Below, piece by piece: positions 30,110 to 41,087 of a stretch of DNA of 64,000 bases. The stretch comes from Coleofasciculus chthonoplastes F2-STO-03 (GTDB taxonomy: Bacteria > Cyanobacteriota > Cyanobacteriia > Cyanobacteriales > Coleofasciculaceae), in the NCBI GenBank assembly GCA_040222015.1, contig JAVJWO010000018.1:1-64000 (forward strand). The letters are read 5' to 3'. The stretch's first letter is position 1, and each line of letters opens with the position of its first letter. The translations under genes were made by a program, and so were the position numbers. Below the pieces are notes generated by a model that was not told the DNA's origin, did no database searches, and saw only the letters and a list, made by a program, of their open reading frames with translations.

Positions 30110-30803
30110 GAGATGGGGTTGTAGAGGTTTTTCGATATTTTCCCCCTCATTCCCTAACCCCTTCTCCACCCCCCTCGTTCCCCCCTGCTACAAGAGGGGG
30201 GAGGACAGAGGATGCTTCGCTTTTGTTTCCTTGGAGAAGGGGAATTGGAACAATTAATGATAAAAAATGTAGGTGGCTACGCGTGCAATATACCACCTTT
30301 GTGGCTCCCATCCCCCCGGGGTGGGAGTGGGGGTGGGGGTGTGGGTTTAAGCGTTTATTTTAATCGCAAGCGTAAGGGGACGTTATGAGGGCTGTTAAGG
30401 GATTTTTTAGGTTGGCTTACCCTGGTTTAAACCACTAAAGCTAGGCGTTGAAGCACTAAAGTGCTTACTACAAACAAAGCCCTTTTTTTGCGTGCGGTAA
30501 AAGGGCGCACGTCGGTGCGCCCCTACGATTCTAATCCACCACCCGGTATCTTATTCAAGAATAGATTTGAGCCGAAAATACCCAATCTGGCAGGCTGAAT
30601 AATCGCATTGATTCAAGTAACCTAACGGATGCCATTCATTATGGCTCCCTACCGCTTTTTTCTTCCTTCTTGCTCCCCTCTCCCCTCGTGGGAGAGGGGC
30701 TGGGGGAGAGGGGGTTTTGGCTTAGCACGTCTGGAACGTTGTTACAAAAAAAAGACAGCGTATGCTGACGCTGCCTTAAACATTATTATTACCGACCTGA
30801 GGA

Positions 30804-32642
30804 TTAAACGATCGCGGCCATCTTCACATCGTTTTCGGCTAACAGTTCTTGCAGTTCTTCTGCATCGACGGTTTCTTTCTCAATCAGCATGGCAGATAAT
30901 TTGTCCAAGATGTGTTTGTTACCCACCAAGACATCTTTCGCCCGATGATAGGCTTCATCCACCAACTGACGCACCTCTTGATCAATCGTCGCGGCGGTGG
31001 TGTCGGAGAAATCGCGATCGGAGGCAATGTCCCGTCCTAGGAACATATTGCCATTTTGCCGTCCTAATGCCACAGGACCCAAGCGATCGCTCATTCCGAA
31101 GCGGGTGATCATTTGGCGGGCGACGCGGGCGACTTGCTGTAAGTCATTCGACGCCCCTGTCGTCACTTCTTCTTCACCGAAGATAATTTCCTCAGCGATT
31201 CGTCCCCCCAACGCAACCGCCATTTGATTTTGCAGGTAGGAACGGGAATACAACCCAGAATCCATCCGGTCTTCACTGGGCGTAAACCAAGTTAATCCAC
31301 CCGCCCGACCGCGTGGGATAATACTAACTTTCTGCACCGGGTCATAATCGGGCATTAACGCACCCACCAAAGCGTGACCCGCTTCATGATACGCGACTAA
31401 CCGCTTGCGCTTCTCGCTCATCACCCGGTCTTTCTTCTCTGGTCCCGCTAATACCCGGTCGATGGCGTCATTTACCTCATCCATGGAGATTTCGGTGAGG
31501 TTGCGCCGTGCGGCTAAGATCGCGGCTTCGTTGAGCAAGTTGGATAAATCGGCACCCGTGAAGCCAGGAGTCCGACGGGCAATTTTCTCTAAGTCTACAT
31601 CCTTAGATAAGGTCTTGCCGCGAGCGTGAACGTTGAGAATTTCCAAACGTCCGGCGTAGTCGGGGCGATCCACGACCACCTGACGGTCAAACCGACCAGG
31701 GCGCAATAATGCTGAATCCAGAACATCAGGACGGTTGGTGGCGGCAATAATAATAATACCCGTATTGCCTTCAAACCCATCCATTTCCGTCAGCAACTGG
31801 TTCAGGGTTTGTTCCCGCTCATCGTTACCGCCGCCTAAGCCAGCACCCCGTTGACGACCTACGGCGTCAATTTCATCGATAAATACGATACAAGGGGCAC
31901 TATTCTTGGCTTGCTCGAATAAGTCACGGACACGAGACGCACCCACACCCACGAACATTTCCACGAATTCAGACCCGGAAATGGAGAAGAAGGGTACACC
32001 AGCTTCCCCAGCAACAGCACGCGCTAAGAGGGTTTTACCCGTTCCCGGAGGTCCAACAAGCAGCACCCCTTTGGGAATTTTTGCACCAATGGCGGTGAAG
32101 CGATCGGCGTTTTTGAGGAAGTCAACCACTTCGTTGAGTTCCAGCTTGGCTTGCTCAATCCCCGCCACATCGCCAAACGTGACCTGGGTTTGCGGTTCCA
32201 TCTGGACTCGGGCTTTAGATTTGCCGAAGTTCATCGCTTGAGAACCCGGACCATTTTGCGCCCGCCGCAGTAAGAAAAATAAACCCACCAGAAGCAGGAT
32301 CGGGAAGAAGAGTCCGCTCAGGGTTCTGAACCAGAACCCATCATCACTCTGAGGGCGAACTTTAATATCTACGTTATTGTTGGTGAGAATACTGATTAGT
32401 TCTGGATCGTTAGGCAGGTTGACCTGGTACTGGGTACCGTCTTGAGCGGTTACCATTGCCTGAGTGCGGTCAGAACTTAGTTGAACGATCTCGACCTTCT
32501 TGCTATTAACGTTATCAATGAACTGGTCGTATCTCCAGGTTTCCCGCGTTTGGGACGGTTGGTCTAAAAATGCTGTTGCTAAGGCGATGACTACTATCGC
32601 TAGTAGTGCATAAAGCCCCGCATTTCTCCATTTTTTATTCAC
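30804..32642 (-). CDS. ftsH: ATP-dependent zinc metalloprotease FtsH (FtsH3-like N-terminus)
   Basis: [17 protein letters not shown] region, HEAGH zinc motif. Confidence 0.97.
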   Translation of the reverse strand: MNKKWRNAGLYALLAIVVIALATAFLDQPSQTRETWRYDQFIDNVNSKKVEIVQLSSDRTQAMVTAQDGTQYQVNLPNDPELISILTNNNVDIKVRPQSDDGFWFRTLSGLFFPILLLVGLFFLLRRAQNGPGSQAMNFGKSKARVQMEPQTQVTFGDVAGIEQAKLELNEVVDFLKNADRFTAIGAKIPKGVLLVGPPGTGKTLLARAVAGEAGVPFFSISGSEFVEMFVGVGASRVRDLFEQAKNSAPCIVFIDEIDAVGRQRGAGLGGGNDEREQTLNQLLTEMDGFEGNTGIIIIAATNRPDVLDSALLRPGRFDRQVVVDRPDYAGRLEILNVHARGKTLSKDVDLEKIARRTPGFTGADLSNLLNEAAILAARRNLTEISMDEVNDAIDRVLAGPEKKDRVMSEKRKRLVAYHEAGHALVGALMPDYDPVQKVSIIPRGRAGGLTWFTPSEDRMDSGLYSRSYLQNQMAVALGGRIAEEIIFGEEEVTTGASNDLQQVARVARQMITRFGMSDRLGPVALGRQNGNMFLGRDIASDRDFSDTTAATIDQEVRQLVDEAYHRAKDVLVGNKHILDKLSAMLIEKETVDAEELQELLAENDVKMAAIV

Positions 32643-32805
32643 TACTGATTTCCTCCTAAGACTTAGGATGTGATGTGATGGCGTCGAATCTGCTGATTAT
32701 ATTAACTAATGTTAACGTCTATCAGATTATTTGGCGAAGTTGGTTCTTGTCAAACCGGGAAAATTAGCTAATTTTCTCTTGATGTAGTATAATTAAGAGT
32801 TGTAA

Positions 32806-33621
32806 TTATTTTTTAGACGCTGCAAATAAACGCTGCAACGGTGCTAAACCACCGGAAAGGGAACGATACTCAAACCGTTGATCTGCGGTGAGAACGGTGT
32901 GAATTGGGATGATTTCCATAACACTATTGGTATAAGCGATCGCGTCAAACTCCTGCACTAATTTCTGATTCCAGGGAACTTGGCAAATTTTTAATCCTTG
33001 TTGTTCAAGGCGACTAATCAGGTGCGATCGCGCCACTCCCGGTAATATCCCCCCATCAATCGGTGGAGTCCACCAGCAGCCGTCTTTAGCGCCCCAAAGA
33101 TTCCCTGTACTCGTTTCCAACCAATTCCCCTGATCATCAACTAATATAGCCTCCTGAGCGCCGAGTTGTTGTGCCGTTTGCAGCGCCAGCCATCCGCCCA
33201 GATAGTTTCCAGTTTTATAGGTGGGTAAAGAACGGCGCAAGTGTGACGCTTCAGCTAACCAGGCGATTATTCCATGCTGTTGGCGTTCGCTTAAATCAGC
33301 GGGTAGAGGACGCCCCGTAATCCATTCTCGCCCATCCGGGAAAACCACAATTCTCAGTACCGGAAATGAGGGGAGTAATTGTTCTGCACCGTGGCGGATG
33401 CGTTCCCAGTCGGGGAATTGCCAGCCAAACACCTGCAAGCTGTGACGTAAACGCGCACAATGGGCGTCCCAATGAGTTAAGGGGTGGGCGAGGGAGTGGT
33501 GGTAAACACGCAGGGTGGTAAAGGTTGTCGCCCCGTAAATTAAGCCTGGATCAGTGATGGCGAGTTCGATCCGATCGCCTAGAATAAGTTGACCGTTATA
33601 CCAATAACTGACTTTAGTCAT
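32806..33621 (-). CDS. Class IV aminotransferase/4-amino-4-deoxychorismate lyase-like protein
   Basis: YKTGNY (PLP Lys), E.STGN, ILPGVAR, TNS. Confidence 0.85.
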   Translation of the reverse strand: MTKVSYWYNGQLILGDRIELAITDPGLIYGATTFTTLRVYHHSLAHPLTHWDAHCARLRHSLQVFGWQFPDWERIRHGAEQLLPSFPVLRIVVFPDGREWITGRPLPADLSERQQHGIIAWLAEASHLRRSLPTYKTGNYLGGWLALQTAQQLGAQEAILVDDQGNWLETSTGNLWGAKDGCWWTPPIDGGILPGVARSHLISRLEQQGLKICQVPWNQKLVQEFDAIAYTNSVMEIIPIHTVLTADQRFEYRSLSGGLAPLQRLFAASKK

Positions 33622-33796
33622 TTGTCATTTGTCATTTGTCATTTGTCATTTGTCATTTGTCATTTGTCATTTGTCATTCGTCATTTGTCATTTGTCATTC
33701 GTCATTTGTCATTTGTCATTTGTCATTTGTCATTTGTCATTCGTCATTTGTCATTTGTCATTTGTCATTTGTCATTTGTCATTCGTCATTTGTCAT
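33617..33796. repeat. Long STRR heptamer tract (GTCATTT/GTCATTC)n, ~25 copies
   Basis: Direct reading. Confidence 0.95.
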
Positions 33797-33982
33797 ACTC
33801 GCTTCGCGAGAAGCAAGCTACGTCATTTGTAAGGTAGGGCGGGTTTTGTTGTTCATTTATTTGTGAATAGCCGAATTTAGTCCCTAAACCCGCCCCTACA
33901 GTATTTCCGCCACGCTGTAGTCTGGGTTATGAGGGCGGTAGTTAACCGGGATTTAGTATTATACATTATACCAAGAAACGCC

Positions 33983-35569
33983 CTATTGTAATTTCGCGAT
34001 CGCGCCTTTTTCTACTAACAGTTTCCCCGTCTGTAAATCCTTAACTGTCGCCACTAGCACCCGTCGTTCATCTACCTCAAATTGAACTGAAATTCGGTCA
34101 ACTCCCACCTGTCCCGGTGGATCTAAATGTGCCACACAAACCTGTTCGCGATCGCTATCCAAGGAACGATACGCCGCTTGCTTGAATAACTGACTACTGG
34201 TCATCCGTCCCAAGCTATCATAGGTCACTTCAGATTGTGCCATTTCTGCCACTTCGCCAATATCCAAACGTATTTCCCGTTGTCCTTCAATGGCGACTTG
34301 TAAGGTTAACGGTTCGCCCCGTTCACAGGGATATTGTATCCCTTTTTCAAATAATGTGAAATAGGAATAACTTTTAGCATACGGTTCCCATAAGCGAATG
34401 GCATAACTGTGGCGCAAATAATCATCCACACTCGCCACTTGATTTAACGCTAACGCCCCGTATGCCACGGCTTCAAAGGGCTTATCTAGCTTAACCTTTG
34501 TCTTGCCAAAATAGGATCGGATCAACTGCTGGACAGCCGGAATTAAACAACTCCCCCCCACTAACAACACCTGTTCAATATCACTCTTACTAATTCCTTT
34601 ACCTAGGGCAATCGTCAATACTTCATCCAACGCTTCCCGCAACTGTTCCAAAAACTGGCGATTTTCCAGAATCTCTTCTAACTTATCCCGATCTAGGTAC
34701 AAGTTATATGAGGTAAATGTCTCCTCATCTAACCAACTCTCCTTCGCTTCCTGAGTATTGGATAAGCGAATTTTCAATCGTTCAGCTAACTCTAATAAAT
34801 TCTGCCACCCCACCTCACCAATCTCTTCCCTTGACCATCCTTGCTGATGCAAATAGTCTTCAACAATCCAACTATCCACATCTTCCCCCCCGATGTATGC
34901 ATCGGATTTCGCTAACACTTCTGCCCGTAATACCGTTTCGCCATCGCGCTTGGCTGCATCCAGTTGCGGTGCGGTGCGAACTAAACTTAAATCCAGTGTC
35001 CCGCCACCAAAATCCACCACCAATACCAAGGAATTCGGACGCTGTACCGCATAGCCTAACGCCGCTGCTGTGGATTCATCCACCAGCTTAATTTGCTCCA
35101 CATCCAGGCGACGTGCCACCTCACGAAACCAATCTAAATAGCGCTCGAATGCGCCCACAGGTACAGTTAAAATAAGCTGAGAGGGGTTAATTTTTTGGGC
35201 TTTGAGTTGCTGCCAGATAGATTGGATAAATTGTTCGGAAACCGATTCAGCCGTGTAGGCTTCACCATTAATTATACGCGGAGGCGGTTGAAAATCAGCC
35301 GCTAAATCTCGTTTAAAGCCTTTGAAAAAGCGAGTCGGTTGGGATTGTCCTAATCGCTGGGAACGAACTTGTTCTCCTAGGAGTATTTGGTTATTGTCTT
35401 TGATAAAAACTAAGGTAGGAATAACGGGGATATCTGGCTCACTTGAGTTCGTTTTAAACAGGCGAGAGAGTGAACCGAGTCGGAGGGTTTTAGGACTATT
35501 GGTATCGGCTTCAAGTATACTGACAACTGTGTTGCTTGTACCGAAGTCAATTGCAACTGTATTGGTCAT
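33983..35569 (-). CDS. Hsp70-family (DnaK-like) protein, divergent and short
   Basis: AIDFGTSNT, E.TAAALGY, VDFGGGTLD, LLVGGS, AVAYGA. Confidence 0.88.
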   Translation of the reverse strand: MTNTVAIDFGTSNTVVSILEADTNSPKTLRLGSLSRLFKTNSSEPDIPVIPTLVFIKDNNQILLGEQVRSQRLGQSQPTRFFKGFKRDLAADFQPPPRIINGEAYTAESVSEQFIQSIWQQLKAQKINPSQLILTVPVGAFERYLDWFREVARRLDVEQIKLVDESTAAALGYAVQRPNSLVLVVDFGGGTLDLSLVRTAPQLDAAKRDGETVLRAEVLAKSDAYIGGEDVDSWIVEDYLHQQGWSREEIGEVGWQNLLELAERLKIRLSNTQEAKESWLDEETFTSYNLYLDRDKLEEILENRQFLEQLREALDEVLTIALGKGISKSDIEQVLLVGGSCLIPAVQQLIRSYFGKTKVKLDKPFEAVAYGALALNQVASVDDYLRHSYAIRLWEPYAKSYSYFTLFEKGIQYPCERGEPLTLQVAIEGQREIRLDIGEVAEMAQSEVTYDSLGRMTSSQLFKQAAYRSLDSDREQVCVAHLDPPGQVGVDRISVQFEVDERRVLVATVKDLQTGKLLVEKGAIAKLQ

Positions 35570-35694
35570 TGTTCATTCGTCATTCGTCAAATAGTTATCG
35601 CACTCAAAAGGTAGTCAGGGCGGGTTTTGCACAAAAGTTATTATTAACAGCTAAACAAAAGTCCCTAAACCCGCCCCTACACACTCAACACTCA

Positions 35695-36237
35695 CTAATG
35701 TGACACTCCCCTCGGTAAGGTACGACTGACTTTAGCGGGACAAAGTATTCGATCATGATCTCGATAACCGACAAATCGAATATAAACGAGTTCTCCTTCT
35801 GTGATATCGTCAACATCAGGTTGGTGCAGTTGAGAATTATAAGGAACCTGTTCCCAGGGTTGACCAATGGGTTCATACCCCCAAGTTTGGATCAGATTCT
35901 CTAGGGGAGTAAAGAGTGCGACTAAATTTTTAGCTGGTAAATCCGGGCGGGCTTCGATCATCCGGCAAGCGGTGGGATAATTGGTCAGTAGGGGGCGTAG
36001 TTCTTCAAAGGTGGTATCTTGGATATCTGTGGATAATTGCTGCGATCGCGCTTCGAGTTCATACCGTAGCCGCTGACATTGTGCCTCTAATTCCTTGATT
36101 TGAGTGGAGTCAGCAACGGAGACTAAGGCAGAATGGTTTTCAGGTCTTTTTTTCGGACCAAAACGACTAATGAGTAAAGTGGTGAAGACAAACCACAGCA
36201 GTAAACCAAGCCCCAAGAGGTTAGGATCATGAGCCAT
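35695..36237 (-). CDS. GrpE-like protein with an N-terminal TM helix
   Basis: Coiled coil followed by PIG...Y...LHQ...GY....ILCPAKV (GrpE head-like). Confidence 0.65.
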   Translation of the reverse strand: MAHDPNLLGLGLLLWFVFTTLLISRFGPKKRPENHSALVSVADSTQIKELEAQCQRLRYELEARSQQLSTDIQDTTFEELRPLLTNYPTACRMIEARPDLPAKNLVALFTPLENLIQTWGYEPIGQPWEQVPYNSQLHQPDVDDITEGELVYIRFVGYRDHDRILCPAKVSRTLPRGVSH

Positions 36238-36250
36238 GTTACCACTCCTC

Positions 36251-36463
36251 TTAATATTGATTTAGGCTCGTGGTTTGATCTGTCGTTATGGTTTCGTCAC
36301 CTTCATAGTATTCTGGCAGCAATTCTTTGGTTTCTACGTCTCCGAGATCCGCTTCAATCCCTTTAGTGGTTTCGGTACAACTTGATCCAGTAGCACCGAT
36401 GACGGTTTCAGTGATTTTGCCATCTTTGCCAATGCGATATTCGATCTTTTGATACTCTGCCAT
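36251..36463 (-). CDS. DUF2997-family protein
   Basis: IEYRIGKDGKITETVIG..G.SC...T..IE..LG.V......PEYY. Confidence 0.8.
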   Translation of the reverse strand: MAEYQKIEYRIGKDGKITETVIGATGSSCTETTKGIEADLGDVETKELLPEYYEGDETITTDQTTSLNQY

Positions 36464-36580
36464 ATTTCTTTCCGAACCCAATAATTAACTACAGTTTAAA
36501 GGACTGAGACGGAGCAACTAGAGCGGGTTTAGTCAAGTTATCAGTTTGTGTTGTGGCAAAACGTTATCGGTAAAACCCAC

Positions 36581-36650
36581 CCCTACACCCCATACCCTAC
36601 ACCCTACACCCCATACCCTACACCCCATACCCTACACCCCACACCCGACA
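36581..36650. repeat. STRR heptamer tract (CCCTACA/CCCCATA)n
   Basis: Direct reading. Confidence 0.85.
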
Positions 36651-37940
36651 TCATGGCAAGGGTGGAGTATTGGCACGATACCAGGCATCAAGTGCTAGTT
36701 GATGCACCTCCCGCCAGGATAAATTATAGTCTCGTGCGATCGCGGCACAGTCTTCATATTCGGGTTGAACGTTGGCGATGGCGTTTTGAACTCCGGAAGC
36801 ACGACTGGCAACTTTTACCCGCACCGTGCCATACTTGGTCTCGACTCGCTCGATTACCCGTTGCAGAATCGTGCGTTGCTGGGTAAAGTGGCGAATACCC
36901 AGGGTTGTCGTTTCTCTAAATAAAATATCTTCACAAACGGTTAATTTTTCCGGTGGGCAAATCACGGTGAGTAATACCCCAGGACGAGATTTTTTCATGC
37001 CAATGGCTTGGGTAAATACATCCAACGCCCCAGCATTAAATAGCACCTCGAAGACATACCCAATCACTTGGGGATTTAAGTCATCAATTTGGGTTTCTAT
37101 CACACAAACTGTTTCTTGGCAAGGGTAATCACTGATAAAATTAGCGCCGTCTTGTCCTCGAAACTGAATCCCCAACTCTGAAGCTTCTCCAATCCAAAGT
37201 CGCAGGATATTCGGAATCGCCAATTCACTGGTTCCTGCACCATGACCAATCTTATGAATAATCATTGCCGGAGGAGATCCAAATTGAGTAGCAAGGGTGA
37301 CAGCAATCGCTGCACCCGTGGGCGTGACCAATTCGCGATCGATACCGTTACTATAAATAGGGACTTGCCGAGATTCCCATAGTTTTAAAACGGCTGGAAC
37401 CGGAACAGGCAATCGACCATGGGCAGCTTGTACTGTACCGCCTCCTGTGGGTAAGGGAGAACAGTAGAGTCGGTCAATGCCCAACCAATCCAACCCCAAA
37501 CAAGTGCCGACAATATCCACTAAGGCATCTGTAGCACCCACTTCATGGAAATGCACGGCTTCGGGTGCCATCCCGTGAACAGCCCCTTCTGCCTCTGCTA
37601 AGTTGCGAAAGATTGCCAAACTCCAATCCACAACTTGTGAGGGTAATCCAGCGGTTGTAATCAGATGTTCAACATCTGCTAAGTGTCGGCTATGCTCATG
37701 GTTTGACGGTTCAGCATGATCATGGTGATCCGTTTGATGGAGCAAATTCACATGGACTTTAGTAGCTAATTGACCTTGGCGGTGGACTGATTCTGCCCCT
37801 AACCGATACTCATGGTCAATTCCCAACCCTTTTAACTTTTCACTTAAATACTCTAACGGCACTCCTGCTGCCACGAGTGCTCCCAAGCACATATCACCAG
37901 CAATTCCACTCTGACAGTCTAGGTAGGCGAGTTTTGGCAT
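36651..37940 (-). CDS. larC: Nickel pincer cofactor biosynthesis protein LarC (TIGR00299-like)
   Basis: GIAGDM.LGAL, His-rich insert, VHFHEVGATDA, AHG.LPVP.PA, ETTTLG.R, PEYEDC. Confidence 0.9.
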   Translation of the reverse strand: MPKLAYLDCQSGIAGDMCLGALVAAGVPLEYLSEKLKGLGIDHEYRLGAESVHRQGQLATKVHVNLLHQTDHHDHAEPSNHEHSRHLADVEHLITTAGLPSQVVDWSLAIFRNLAEAEGAVHGMAPEAVHFHEVGATDALVDIVGTCLGLDWLGIDRLYCSPLPTGGGTVQAAHGRLPVPVPAVLKLWESRQVPIYSNGIDRELVTPTGAAIAVTLATQFGSPPAMIIHKIGHGAGTSELAIPNILRLWIGEASELGIQFRGQDGANFISDYPCQETVCVIETQIDDLNPQVIGYVFEVLFNAGALDVFTQAIGMKKSRPGVLLTVICPPEKLTVCEDILFRETTTLGIRHFTQQRTILQRVIERVETKYGTVRVKVASRASGVQNAIANVQPEYEDCAAIARDYNLSWREVHQLALDAWYRANTPPLP

Positions 37941-38115
37941 TACGTTTTGAATCCTGAAGGGTGATTAGCTGTAACCAAAAGGCTGGAAACCTTTACCCAT
38001 TATTGCCCAAAATTGGGTAGAGATTTGTTCTGAGAGAATGGGTCTGCCAAGAGTATGTATACTTTATTGGTATACCTATCCAGCCAAAAACCACAGCTAG
38101 GTAGGTGAGAGAGAT

Positions 38116-38238
38116 AGCCGCCAGTTAGGTGGTGTTAGCCTGTGGACTGGGAAGGTGCCGACACCGCCAGAGTGAAGCAGGAAGTAAGTTCCAGATGTGT
38201 CCATAAGTGGACAGATTTGGGTAGATCTTATGTAACGG
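38116..38238 (+). ncRNA. Orphan TnpB-type omegaRNA/IS607-like right end without a tnpB ORF
   Basis: gccgccagttaggtggt stem, GCCTGTGGA...GAAGCAGGAA core, tgtccataagtggaca hairpin, terminal gtagatcttatgtaacGG. Confidence 0.55.
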
Positions 38239-38508
38239 TCTACATCTATTGTAGGGAAAGGAGAATGGGGGGTGGGGGATTGGGGAGATAGGGAAGATGA
38301 GGGAGATGGGGTTGTAGGGGTTTGGTCTCCAAACCCCATTTCTTATGTAGGGGGAGATGGGCAAGGAAAGGACGAATGACGAATGACCAATGACCAATGA
38401 CCAATAACGATTAAAAATACTTTAAGTATTGTTACTTTGGCATGGTATGATCGCCTATGGCTAGATGCGATCCAGCCAATTTTGATGGACTAGCGTTTGC
38501 TGCTGCCT

Positions 38509-38952
38509 GTGAACTTGTCAGACAACTCTGTACAACCCAAGCCCACACCGGAGGAAAGTCCACCAGGGAGTTCTCAGACTTCCCCTGAAAATTCCTCAAT
38601 GCAAGAGTACTACCAACTTAAACAAGCGTTGTTGTCGGTCACTCTGGCAATGACAGGGGTGGTTTTTGTCTCTGTCTGGATTTTCTACTCACTCAACATC
38701 GCCTTGAATTATTTGATCGGGGCGTGCGTTGGTGTGGTTTACTTGAGAATGTTGGCGAAAGACGTTGAGCGGTTAGGTGTCCAAAAGAGGCGTCCGAGTT
38801 CAACTCGGTTGGCTTTATTGATTGGACTATTAGTCGTTGCCAGTCAATGGCAGAGTTTACGCATTCTGCCCATATTTTTAGGATTTCTGACGTATAAAGC
38901 TGCGCTTATCGCTTATATGCTGCAAAGCACCTTGTTGCCTACGTCAAAGTAA
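38509..38952 (+). CDS. atp1: ATP synthase protein I (Atp1/UncI)
   Basis: [32 protein letters not shown]; first gene of the atp operon; start codon uncertain (GTG 38509 or ATG 38599). Confidence 0.88.
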   Translation: MNLSDNSVQPKPTPEESPPGSSQTSPENSSMQEYYQLKQALLSVTLAMTGVVFVSVWIFYSLNIALNYLIGACVGVVYLRMLAKDVERLGVQKRRPSSTRLALLIGLLVVASQWQSLRILPIFLGFLTYKAALIAYMLQSTLLPTSK

Positions 38953-38987
38953 GTTCCCATGGTCAGGGCAGCCAACGCATCCAAACA

Positions 38988-39054
38988 GTAGGGTAGGCTA
39001 CACCCGAACTTAACGCCTGTGGACAGGAGATAACTCCCTTGGATGAAGCAGGAA
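38988..39054 (+). ncRNA. Second TnpB-type omegaRNA core remnant, between atp1 and the subunit a gene
   Basis: gggtaggctacaccc stem, aacGCCTGTGGA, ggagataactcc stem, GATGAAGCAGGAA. Confidence 0.5.
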
Positions 39055-39147
39055 ACAGACTGGGCAATTGTTCAATGGACAATTGTCAATCCTTTCTGTG
39101 TAGTCGTTTCAACCAAAGGATAGAAGATAGCTGGGGAAATCTCCGGA

Positions 39148-39888
39148 ATGGAAATGATAGATGGTTTGGCGTTCTATAATGCTTTCCCCCTTGCTGAACT
39201 AGAAGTTGGTCAGCATCTGTATTGGCATATCGGAAATTTAAAGGTTCATGGTCAGGTATTTATTACCTCCTGGGTCGTGATTGCCATTCTGATTATTGCC
39301 TCGATTGCTGGTACTCGTAACATTCAGCGCATTCCTAGTGGTCTCCAAAATTTTATGGAGTATGCCCTGGAATTTTTGCGGGATTTAGCCAAAAATCAAA
39401 TCGGGGAAAAAGAATATCGTCCCTGGGTGCCCTTTGTGGGGACGTTATTTTTGTTCATTTTTGTGGCAAATTGGTCTGGGGCACTTGTTCCCTGGAAGCT
39501 GATTGAGCTGCCCGAAGGTGAATTAGCGGCACCAACCAGTGATATTAATACTACAGTGGCGTTTGCGCTGCTGACCTCCTTAGCGTATTTTTACGCGGGT
39601 CTGAGCAAGAAAGGCTTGGGGTATTTTGCTGGTTATGCCCAACCAACTCCCATCCTGCTGCCGTTTAAGGTTCTGGAAGATTTTACCAAACCTCTCTCCC
39701 TCAGTTTCCGTCTGTTTGGCAACATTTTGGCAGATGAACTGGTGGTGGCAGTATTGGTGCTGTTGGTTCCGCTGTTCGTACCTCTCCCGGTGATGGCATT
39801 GGGTTTATTTACCAGTGCGATTCAGGCGCTGATCTTTGCTACCCTAGCAGCGGCTTATATTGGGGAGGCGATGGAAGACCATCATTAG
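39148..39888 (+). CDS. atpI: F0 subunit a
   Basis: [33 protein letters not shown]. Confidence 0.97.
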   Translation: MEMIDGLAFYNAFPLAELEVGQHLYWHIGNLKVHGQVFITSWVVIAILIIASIAGTRNIQRIPSGLQNFMEYALEFLRDLAKNQIGEKEYRPWVPFVGTLFLFIFVANWSGALVPWKLIELPEGELAAPTSDINTTVAFALLTSLAYFYAGLSKKGLGYFAGYAQPTPILLPFKVLEDFTKPLSLSFRLFGNILADELVVAVLVLLVPLFVPLPVMALGLFTSAIQALIFATLAAAYIGEAMEDHH

Positions 39889-39972
39889 CGATTTGAGGCT
39901 AGTGATTAAGATTTGCCACTTCCGTCTTGTGAACAATCAAAAAATTCGGCTGTGTCTAGCGAATTGGTTTAG

Positions 39973-40281
<309 letters not shown>

Positions 40282-40297
40282 CACTTGATGCCACAAG

Positions 40298-40332
40298 AGC
40301 ATTCAGACCCCAATGACTGAGGTCTGGATGCT
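40298..40332 (+). promoter_or_regulatory. Stem-loop after subunit c (possible mRNA-stabilising or attenuating hairpin)
   Basis: agcattcagacc...ggtctggatgct. Confidence 0.45.
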
Positions 40333-40427
40333 ATTGATCTGGAGGACTATTGAAATCTAAAACGCTATCCCATCCCAACTAAAAAGCTAACAATTTTGTT
40401 TGTGCGCTGTGGGATTACCAAAACATC

Positions 40428-40919
40428 ATGATACATTGGACAATTTTACTAGCTGTTGAAGCAGCAGAAGAGGCAGCCGAAGGAGGGTTATTTGATTTTG
40501 ATGCCACCCTACCTCTGATGGCATTGCAATTTTTAATTTTGGTGGCGATATTGAATGCGGTTTTTTATAAGCCACTCAGTAACGCCATTGATGGACGGGA
40601 TGACTACATCCGCCAGAACCGATTAGAAGCACGGGAACGCTTAGAAAAAGCTCAGAATCTGGCGAAACAGTATGAGCAAGAACTAGCAGAAACTCGTCGC
40701 AAGTCACAAGCAACGATTGCCGCTGCTCAAGCTGATGCTCAGAAAATAGCGGCTGATAAAATGGCTCAAGCTCAAGCGGAAGCCCAGGCACAACGAGAGC
40801 AAGCCCAAAAAGAAATTGACCAACAAAAAGCTGAAGCGATGACATCCTTAGAACAAGAAGTGGATTCGCTTTCGCGTCAGATTCTGGAAAAACTTGTTGG
40901 ACCAGAGTTGGTTAAGTAA
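40428..40919 (+). CDS. atpG: F0 subunit b'
   Basis: [22 protein letters not shown]. Confidence 0.95.
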   Translation: MIHWTILLAVEAAEEAAEGGLFDFDATLPLMALQFLILVAILNAVFYKPLSNAIDGRDDYIRQNRLEARERLEKAQNLAKQYEQELAETRRKSQATIAAAQADAQKIAADKMAQAQAEAQAQREQAQKEIDQQKAEAMTSLEQEVDSLSRQILEKLVGPELVK

Positions 40920-41087
40920 TGTCGGCTTTATCCGGGTAGCGAAGCAGGGGTTTGCGAGAGTTTGACCCCTAGTCTTTTGTCTGTGGTGTGATCAAAAATA
41001 ACGCCGGACAAAAATTCCAGCCCGTTTAAACGTTACCCAGCGTTAGCGGTAAAGCCGCATAGCAGTTTTCAATTAAAGCAGGTGTAT

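Noticed and set aside
30106..30803. ORFs 30106..30363 and the start of 30629..31108
   Set aside because: Composed of G/C-run palindromic repeats and the ftsH antisense strand; no protein-like motifs
33589..33866. ORFs reading (SFVICHL)n, and the similar ORF at 23778..24023
   Set aside because: These are translations of heptamer STRR tracts, open in several frames; not credible proteins
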